A stretch of DNA of 64,000 bases from a virus, in IMG/VR virus record IMGVR_UViG_3300036846_000488, positions 1-64,000 of that record; one strand, 5' to 3'. The translations under genes and the position numbers were made by a program. The notes below the pieces were generated by a model, which did not search any database, was not told the origin of the DNA, and saw only the letters and a list, made by a program, of their open reading frames with translations. Of the stretch, positions 7,857 through 15,212 are shown one piece after another. Position 1 is the stretch's first letter; every line of letters starts with the position of its first letter.

Positions 7857-10532
7857 CTACTCGTACGGGCGCATCGGGACGACCGGGATCTCCCGGCCCT
7901 CGTCCTCGATGTAGTCGGTGGTCGGTCCCGTCTCCACGTACTGGCCGGACAGTTTGAACATGTGCGGCCCTGCCGTCCGAACCATGTTCTCGTCCCGATG
8001 CCCGTGCTGGACCTCCAGCACCCGGTAGTTGAACTCGTCGGGATGCACCCCGGCCTGCTCCAGCACGTCCTGGTCGTTGACGTAGGAGAAGTCCTCGGAG
8101 ACTCGATGCCCCATGCTGTCGGTCCAGATCACGTCCTCGTAGTTGTCCAGATCGATGTCGTTCCAGGTCTCACTCTGCTGCGTGCTGGTGGCGAACCGGT
8201 GCAGCGCGGCCTCGAAGGACTGTGAGCTAACCACGGCGTACATCGGCTCACCATCCTCATCGACGCTCTGGACCCGAACTGAGCCGTTGTGATGAGATCC
8301 CAACACCGCGTCCAGGATCTCGTCCTCCTTCGCCCGGCGGGCCTCGGTGACCGCCATCCCGACCTGATCCCGGGAGTCGACGAACAGCTTCTGATCCAGG
8401 TACATGTCGGTGTCGTAATCACTCAGGTGCACCACCGCGTAGTAGGAGCGACCATCCGGATGCAGCTGGACCGGCCCGTACGGAGCCAGGTCCGGCTTGC
8501 CCTCGGGCTGCACCGCGGGCTCCACGTTGATCGCCGTGGAAGGTCCCGTCAGGTTGATCTCCGAGGGCGCTCCGGTCAGATTGATCTGCTGCTCTGGTAC
8601 CAGGCTGATCGTGGGCTGAGCGATCGAGATCTCCGCCGGCGCGATGTTGATCTCCTCCTGAGCGATACTGATCTGACGCTTGGGCCGAGGTCGCGGAGCG
8701 ATGTTGATCAGACCGCCGGTGATGTTGATCTCCTTCGGCTCTGGGGTCTCGGACTCAACCATCGGCTCCTCGGGCTCCTCCATCGCCGCTAGCTGCCGCC
8801 AGATATCGGCCCGCGGGCGCTCCTTGGTGGTCACTCGGGAGAAGCGGCCTGGGTTCTCCGGATCGCCCCCGCGCGGGTGCTCCTTGGCATCCCAGTCGGC
8901 CTTGGAGATCCGGTGCGAGGTCTGCTTCAGATGCACGACGGTGAGCCCGTTGTCCTCCCCCACCTGCGTGATCTGGAACTCTCCCCGGGTGATCCACTCC
9001 GCCTGCCGCTCGGAGACCAGCGGAGAAATGTTCAGCGCGTTGGCCTTCGGCTCCAGCATCATCACCAGTGGATGCGCGGAGGTGTCGGTCCGGCCCTCAC
9101 GCTTCGCGTGCGCGCGAGCGATCATCGGGCCCCACTTCCGGGCGAAGTGCTCGGAGAACGACCGATCCTCGGTGAACGAGGAGATCGGCAGGGTGAAGGT
9201 GCTGCCCTGCTTCAGCTCGTCCAGATGCTCGGTGGTCACCGTCATCCCCCGGTACAGCGCTGGAGCGTTCGCCGGCGCGGAATCCACAGCCTTGATCAGT
9301 GCCTTCAGCGACTTCTCGGTCTGGCTCAGCTTCATCTTGCCGGCGTAGTACTCGTTGTCCGGGTCCTCCATCTTCCGCGCCCGCTGGACGTGTGCGGACT
9401 TCCGGGACCAGGCCGCAGCGCCGTGCGCCAGCCGAGCCATCTCCTTGTCCCGGTGCTTCAGTGGGGTGATCAGGTAGCGCGGCTCCTTGACGTAGCCGAC
9501 AGCCTGAGCACTTCGGTGAACGATGGTTCCCTGGATCACCTTGGCTGAGGGGCTCTCCAGGGCGTTCACCTTGTGCCCAAGCTGCCGAGTTCGGGACTGG
9601 CCCCCGGCCCAGCGACCGTCGCCCCCACGCGGCTGATGCGGATCGAACCGCTTCTCCAGCTTGAACCGGTTCTCGATCAGTCGAACCACACACCGACAGT
9701 TCGGGTGCACGCCCGGTGACCAGAAGTCACCTTCCTTGGTCTTGAACTGCTCGTTGACCAGCACCTTCTGCCCGTGCAGCGGGCCGCACACCGGACAGAC
9801 CCGCTCGTCGTGAGCGGTGATCCAGATCTTCTGAGCGCGCTCGGTGAGCCGGCCCTTGTCCTGCATCCACATCCAAGCGAACTGCTTGGCCTGCTCCTCG
9901 ATGTTGTGCTCTTCCTGCTCGCTCAGCTTCTTGACCCGACCGGTGAAGGACTTGTCGATGTAGTCCCTGGACCTGGCCTTCACGTCGAACGACGCCGGAG
10001 ACTCCACCGAGGTGGTCAGCTGCTGGTTGTGTGCGTACCCGCGCATCTGTCGAGGGGTCAGCCCGTAGGCGTCCAGCACCTTGTCCGCTGCCGCCTTGGC
10101 CGGGATCCTCCGGTTCACCATCGTGTTGAAGCCCTCGGCCAGCGCATCCCGAGAGGAGGCGTGGAAGTAGTCCCCGACCTTCTCCGCGTGCTTCTCGGCC
10201 AGGTCGTAGATCACGCTCATCGGCACGTCACCGGCTCCGGCCCGCGTCCACGCGCGCACGTAGGCGTCCGCGATCACCGGAGCTGAGACCTTCCGGTACT
10301 GCGGCAGGAGGATCTGCCAGGTCATGTCTGCCAGCCGCAGCAGCTGACCGTAGGTGGGCTCTACCAACCCCCGCGCCTCGGCCTTCATCTGCGACACCAT
10401 CCGGGCCCGGACCATCGCCAGCGCGGCCTCCAGGGCCTCGGCTGGTGAGGTCAGGAAAGCCCCCGGGGCGGGTAGATCCCGGGGTCGGAGATCGGTGGGG
10501 TTGAAGTGCAGCTCAACCGAGGGAGAGGTCAC
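7857..10532 (-). CDS. MuF-like minor head protein fused to an ADP-ribosyltransferase domain and an unknown C-terminal domain
   Basis: KIWIT..DERVCPVC..LHG...HPNCRC MuF signature; LYRGM...ISSFT...QAEW R-S-E ART motifs at about 8901-9650. Confidence 0.8.
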   Translation of the reverse strand: MTSPSVELHFNPTDLRPRDLPAPGAFLTSPAEALEAALAMVRARMVSQMKAEARGLVEPTYGQLLRLADMTWQILLPQYRKVSAPVIADAYVRAWTRAGAGDVPMSVIYDLAEKHAEKVGDYFHASSRDALAEGFNTMVNRRIPAKAAADKVLDAYGLTPRQMRGYAHNQQLTTSVESPASFDVKARSRDYIDKSFTGRVKKLSEQEEHNIEEQAKQFAWMWMQDKGRLTERAQKIWITAHDERVCPVCGPLHGQKVLVNEQFKTKEGDFWSPGVHPNCRCVVRLIENRFKLEKRFDPHQPRGGDGRWAGGQSRTRQLGHKVNALESPSAKVIQGTIVHRSAQAVGYVKEPRYLITPLKHRDKEMARLAHGAAAWSRKSAHVQRARKMEDPDNEYYAGKMKLSQTEKSLKALIKAVDSAPANAPALYRGMTVTTEHLDELKQGSTFTLPISSFTEDRSFSEHFARKWGPMIARAHAKREGRTDTSAHPLVMMLEPKANALNISPLVSERQAEWITRGEFQITQVGEDNGLTVVHLKQTSHRISKADWDAKEHPRGGDPENPGRFSRVTTKERPRADIWRQLAAMEEPEEPMVESETPEPKEINITGGLINIAPRPRPKRQISIAQEEINIAPAEISIAQPTISLVPEQQINLTGAPSEINLTGPSTAINVEPAVQPEGKPDLAPYGPVQLHPDGRSYYAVVHLSDYDTDMYLDQKLFVDSRDQVGMAVTEARRAKEDEILDAVLGSHHNGSVRVQSVDEDGEPMYAVVSSQSFEAALHRFATSTQQSETWNDIDLDNYEDVIWTDSMGHRVSEDFSYVNDQDVLEQAGVHPDEFNYRVLEVQHGHRDENMVRTAGPHMFKLSGQYVETGPTTDYIEDEGREIPVVPMRPYE

Positions 10533-13500
10533 GCGGTGTTCTTCCGACGCAAGTAGCCCTCGTCATCCTGCTCGAACAACTCCGATCGGGTCTCAGCCAG
10601 ACCACGCTCACCAAGGTCTAGCTTGTTGTGCCGGTCCGGAAGCGTCTCGTACGCATGCTGGGTTTTCGCCAGCATCTCGCCAATCTCCACCTCACTCGGA
10701 GTCTCCCCGCTCTCGATCAGAGTCTGCAGCTCCTCGGCAGCAACCAGCGCCTTGTCACCGGGAGTGACATCGAGGAGCCCGTGACCATACCGCCAACGAC
10801 GCAGCGCCTCGACTCGCTGTCGCACCACTGCCTGCTTCTCGACATCGCTCATCGCCTGGCCCACCGAGTTAGGAGCGCTCGGACGCACCGCGACGCTCCG
10901 ATCCCATGAGCCCTGGTAATGTGCCTTGAGCGCGCGCATCCGGTGCACGTCGGTGATCCGTTCGAGCAGGTCTTCCTTCTTCGCACCCACGATCATGTCG
11001 ATGGCCCGGTTGTCGTAGTGGTCCTTGAAGATCCGCTGAGCCACCTGCCGGCGCATGTCGATGTTGTTCGGGTCCTGGACTGCCGGGTTCCGGTCGACCT
11101 CCTGGTAGACCTGGCGCAACGCACTGAGCTCGTTCTTCATCGCCTCATCGCCCCGCCTCGCCACCTCGGACAGAGGTAGTCCGGTGGTCACCGAACGGGT
11201 CCGGTTGTCGATCGCCTGGATCTGGGTGTCACGCTGAGCGTCGGAGTCGGTGGTCTGGTAGCCCTCGCCCTGGAACGTCATCGGGTCCGTGGTCCAGTAC
11301 AGCGCCATCCGAGGATCGAAGGCCACCGCGTTCAGGTCTCCGCGTGAGGCCGCATAGGCCTGAAGCGCGGACCTCTGACTGGGTGAGGACAGGTGACTCC
11401 GCAGCCTCTCGACCAGCTCGTTGAACCGAGCGTTGTGCTCCGGGTCCTGGATGGCCGTGGCGAAGGCCCCTGGATCTACCTTCGAGTCTGCCAACCCGAT
11501 CACGTCCTCGAACGCGAGCCGAGATGCCGGGTCGAGAGGCAGCTGCTGGATCTCGGTGAACAGATTCACCGCGCTGTCCTGGTACTGAGCCTGACGAGCG
11601 GCCTGGTCGACAGGTGTTGGCGCTCCTGCCGCTGTGGTCTCTGGAGTCGCAGCGGCCTCCTCCGTCGCCTCCGTCTGCGGGTTCGCAGCCCGCTGGTGGG
11701 GCACCCGATCGCCCTGACCAGGACCGATCCGACCACGCTGGTAGTCGGCCTGGGAGGCGGAGAACTTCTCGCTCCCGACCGAGCCACCGGCAACGGCGTT
11801 CGCCTCGGTGCCGAACAGACCCGCGCGCACCGCCGTGGGCCGGTTCCGACCGGGCTCGACGTAGCCCTTGTCCTTCTCTCCGGAGAAGGTCTCGTCCTCC
11901 TTGGTGATCACCGGGTGGGACTTGATGTAGTACGGGAACTGCTCGGCCAGCGCGTCCTGCGCGGCCTCGTAGCCCTTGGCATTCAGCTTGTAGTTCCCGG
12001 CCTTGCCGGCCATCACCATGTTCCGGGCAGCCCGGGACCACTCCACCTCATCCCGAGAGGGGTGATCCTTCATCCCCTGCTCGGCCACCAGACGCATGAT
12101 CTTCTCGTCCTCGGGAGTGAAGTCCGGGTCCTCCTGGTACTCCATGATCCGGGACTGGACCTTGGCCTTGATCGCCGGCCCGCGCTCGCCCGGGTACTCC
12201 TGCGCGACCTCGCGCTGGATCGCCTGCCGGACCGGAGCCGGCACGTCACCGGTGCTGACCTTGTTCGACTGCACCGCATCCAGGAGCTGCTCGTAGCGTC
12301 GGGTCATCCGCAGCGCCTTGTCGTTGTACCGACGCCCGCCCCGGAAGTCCTGCTCGAACTCGATCGAGAAGGTGCCCGAGCGCGAGGTCACCGTGACCCG
12401 ACGCGCACCGGAGATCAGCCCGGTGTAGATGTCCTCGGAGGTCAGCCCGCCCACCGAGCGGGTCCGGACGTACTCCCCACCCTTCAGCGCCTTCAGGTTC
12501 TTCAGGTTGAACGGCAGGTAGTGGTCGTCGCCGTAGCCGACCGCCTGAGTGACGATCTGCCCGTCCTTGTTCAGGATGATTCCCTCCGAGGGCGGCAGGT
12601 TCCCGGACTCGGACTGCAGGTTGTAGAGCTCCCCCTTGGGGAAGTTGGGGGAGCGCCTCAGCTGCTGGACGATCACCTTCCGGCCCTGAGCCAGTTCCGA
12701 ACGAGTCGGCGGGCGATCCATCGCCTTGGCCCGAGCAGCACCCATCTGGGAGATCGAAGGAGCGACCGGTCCGCCACCCTTGGGGTGCACCCGAGTACCC
12801 GACCGACGCATCCCGAGCTCGTCAGCCCGGGGCTTCTCACCGGCCCGAGGGACGTAGAGCTCGGTCTGGTCCGGCACCCCACCGGTGCTCTTGGCGCTCG
12901 CGATCGCGCGCCCGTAGAGCGCCACGATGTGCGCGTCCGGCTTCTTCTCGGTGCCCCGGTACCGATAGGCCGTCTTCCGGGCGGTAGGGCCGATCACGGC
13001 CTCGGCCTCGGCACCATGGCTGCCCACGACCTCCGCGAGCTTCGCCGCAGCCGCCACCTTCGTTCCCGGTGCGATCGCACCGACGTAGGAGCCGGTAGTA
13101 CCCACCCGGTTGTACAGACGCTCGTTGGAGGCCTTCATGTCCGGGGGAGCAGCGCGCCACTGAGCACCGAACGTGGGCATCTGGTCCAGAGCGGTGTTGG
13201 CCATCTCCATCCGCTGGCCGGTCCGGTCACCGGGCTGAGCACCCAGCGCGTGCGCCAGGCTGAACGCAGCCCCGCCGGCGGTCAGTGTGGTGGGCGTGGC
13301 GTCGGCCTCCAGCAGCGTGTAGTGCGGGTTCAGCAGCAGATGGTTGGCGTCGCCGGCCCCGCCCATGTGCCGGACCCGGAACTCGTTCCCCTGCTGGTCC
13401 GCGAACCGCAGGTGCACCTGACGGTCTCCGTCCGCGCCAGTGGACTGGCTGGCCACGTTCAAGAAGCCGGCCAGCTGTCGGTACTCGTCCTGGTACTGGG

Positions 13501-14233
13501 CCTTCTGCTCCTTGGTCAGCCGGGCGTACTGCATCCGCTGGGCGGGGTCGTGGGGCACCAGGCCCATCCCGTTCGCGACCTTGTTCGAGAACGGGGCCTT
13601 CTGGTTGTGCTTGATCTTGGACCGGAACTGACCGGAGTGCGGGTCGCGACGGAAGTCGGACTCCTTGAACTCGTAGAGCCCGGCGATGTAGGGGTTGACC
13701 ACCGCCTTCTCGATCTCCTCCAGGGCAGCCGCAGCCTCCTTCGCGCCCTCGTGGTGGCCCTTCGCGATGGTGGCCATCATCGCCTTCTTGACCAGCTCCA
13801 CCCGCTGGTACAGCACCTCGTCCAGGTGCCGCTGCAGAGTGCGCAGGTTCTTCTCCACGTCGGTCTCGAAGATCTCGCCGGCCACCATGGTGGTGAACAT
13901 CTCGGCGGAGTCGTCGTCCATCTTCATCACCAGGTCGAAGGTCTTCCTGGCGGCCTCGTGGTTGAACTCGGGGTCATCGGAGTGCACATGTTCCTCGTAG
14001 AGGTACTTCTTCACCCGGCCCTTCTTCTTCCGCCGGTGCTCGCGCTCGATGTCCTGGACCCGTGGGAACTGGTTGGCCAGGCCACCGGCCACGGTGCCGG
14101 CGATGACCGGCTTCAGCCAGCCCTCACCCCTGGACTTGGCGATCTTCCCGCCGGTCTCCTTGTCCCACTTCGCCGCGATCTGGGGGTGCTTGGCGTGCAT
14201 GAACTTCCGCTGAGCAACGCTCTTGTAGGGCAT
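10529..14233 (-). CDS. large (1234 aa) putative internal/ejected head protein with degenerate JAB-like domain
   Basis: Start reassigned to MPYKSVAQRKF (14233); lies between portal and MuF; internal EGIILNKDG...GGEYVRTRS..GLTSEDI. Confidence 0.6.
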   Translation of the reverse strand: MPYKSVAQRKFMHAKHPQIAAKWDKETGGKIAKSRGEGWLKPVIAGTVAGGLANQFPRVQDIEREHRRKKKGRVKKYLYEEHVHSDDPEFNHEAARKTFDLVMKMDDDSAEMFTTMVAGEIFETDVEKNLRTLQRHLDEVLYQRVELVKKAMMATIAKGHHEGAKEAAAALEEIEKAVVNPYIAGLYEFKESDFRRDPHSGQFRSKIKHNQKAPFSNKVANGMGLVPHDPAQRMQYARLTKEQKAQYQDEYRQLAGFLNVASQSTGADGDRQVHLRFADQQGNEFRVRHMGGAGDANHLLLNPHYTLLEADATPTTLTAGGAAFSLAHALGAQPGDRTGQRMEMANTALDQMPTFGAQWRAAPPDMKASNERLYNRVGTTGSYVGAIAPGTKVAAAAKLAEVVGSHGAEAEAVIGPTARKTAYRYRGTEKKPDAHIVALYGRAIASAKSTGGVPDQTELYVPRAGEKPRADELGMRRSGTRVHPKGGGPVAPSISQMGAARAKAMDRPPTRSELAQGRKVIVQQLRRSPNFPKGELYNLQSESGNLPPSEGIILNKDGQIVTQAVGYGDDHYLPFNLKNLKALKGGEYVRTRSVGGLTSEDIYTGLISGARRVTVTSRSGTFSIEFEQDFRGGRRYNDKALRMTRRYEQLLDAVQSNKVSTGDVPAPVRQAIQREVAQEYPGERGPAIKAKVQSRIMEYQEDPDFTPEDEKIMRLVAEQGMKDHPSRDEVEWSRAARNMVMAGKAGNYKLNAKGYEAAQDALAEQFPYYIKSHPVITKEDETFSGEKDKGYVEPGRNRPTAVRAGLFGTEANAVAGGSVGSEKFSASQADYQRGRIGPGQGDRVPHQRAANPQTEATEEAAATPETTAAGAPTPVDQAARQAQYQDSAVNLFTEIQQLPLDPASRLAFEDVIGLADSKVDPGAFATAIQDPEHNARFNELVERLRSHLSSPSQRSALQAYAASRGDLNAVAFDPRMALYWTTDPMTFQGEGYQTTDSDAQRDTQIQAIDNRTRSVTTGLPLSEVARRGDEAMKNELSALRQVYQEVDRNPAVQDPNNIDMRRQVAQRIFKDHYDNRAIDMIVGAKKEDLLERITDVHRMRALKAHYQGSWDRSVAVRPSAPNSVGQAMSDVEKQAVVRQRVEALRRWRYGHGLLDVTPGDKALVAAEELQTLIESGETPSEVEIGEMLAKTQHAYETLPDRHNKLDLGERGLAETRSELFEQDDEGYLRRKNTA

Positions 14234-14234
14234 C

Positions 14235-15212
14235 TCAGGATCCCTTCTTCTTGCGACCGGCGAGCAGGCCACCAGCGGCTACCGTACCGACTACCGCCGA
14301 TGGGCCGCGGAACCTGCGCACCACCTTCGCGGTGTCCCCGTACACCTCGGCGAAGTGAGTCGCCTGCGCGGCATCGCCACGGAGCCTGCCGGCCTTCGCC
14401 GCGGTCTCGTGCGAGACACCGTGCAGGTACTTCTTCGGGTCTCGTGCCATCGCCTCATCGGAGTGCACCGGATACCTGGACTTGGGGAACGGCTGGCCCG
14501 GGTGCCTCTTGACCTGCCGCGCGTACTGCTTGTCGGTGACCGTGGGGTCCTTGCGTCCTGCCATGCTCGGGATCAGTCGCCCAGCCTCATCGATGGCGTG
14601 GCTGGCCCGGTTGTTCCACTTCTTCTCCTGACGCCCCAGCACCGCGCCAGCACCGGTGCTGACCGCCGCGCCGGTGGCACCAGCACCCGCGAGGGTGGCG
14701 TTGTACGCCTGGCCTCGACGACGGTCCTTGCGCACCTCGCTCTTGGCCCGGTGCACGCCGTACGCCGTGGCCGCAGAGCCACCGATCAGCGCTGCGCCGG
14801 CGACCTTCTTGGCCCCCGCCATGTGCCGCAGCACCTGCAGCTCCGGCTTGATCTTGCCCTGGTTCCGAGCGCGGGTGAACGTCTGCGAGGGAGTCGGGTT
14901 CTTGATCTTGGACTTCTTATCCTCCACCCGCTGGAACCACTTCACGCCGCCCTCATGGACAGCACTGCGGTAGCCGAGGACACCGCCACCGCCCAGCTTC
15001 GCTCCGGCCCTGGCCTTCCCAGCCAGCCCTGGCTCCTTCAGCCGAGCCACGTCGTGGTAGCTGCCCTTGACCCCGGGGATGCCACCGGCCACCAGTCCGG
15101 TCCCTGCCGTGACCGCGCCAGCACCGGCGATCGCCGAGCCCTGAGCATGGCGCTTGTCGCTGTTCTTCTTGGAGACCACATCGCCATGGTCGATCCCGAA
15201 CCCGCTGATCAT
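14235..15212 (-). CDS. Gly/Ala-rich cationic putative internal head protein with SGFGIDHGD leader
   Basis: MISGFGIDHGDVVSK|K leader; several AGA/GxxxG segments each followed by basic residues. Confidence 0.6.
   Translation of the reverse strand: MISGFGIDHGDVVSKKNSDKRHAQGSAIAGAGAVTAGTGLVAGGIPGVKGSYHDVARLKEPGLAGKARAGAKLGGGGVLGYRSAVHEGGVKWFQRVEDKKSKIKNPTPSQTFTRARNQGKIKPELQVLRHMAGAKKVAGAALIGGSAATAYGVHRAKSEVRKDRRRGQAYNATLAGAGATGAAVSTGAGAVLGRQEKKWNNRASHAIDEAGRLIPSMAGRKDPTVTDKQYARQVKRHPGQPFPKSRYPVHSDEAMARDPKKYLHGVSHETAAKAGRLRGDAAQATHFAEVYGDTAKVVRRFRGPSAVVGTVAAGGLLAGRKKKGS

Noticed and set aside
5066-7957. 963-aa plus-strand ORF
   Set aside because: Antisense shadow of real minus-strand genes; typical of high GC3; no motifs
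11393-14512. 1039-aa plus-strand ORF
   Set aside because: Codon-aligned antisense shadow (L/V/G/H/R-rich) of the 1234-aa gene
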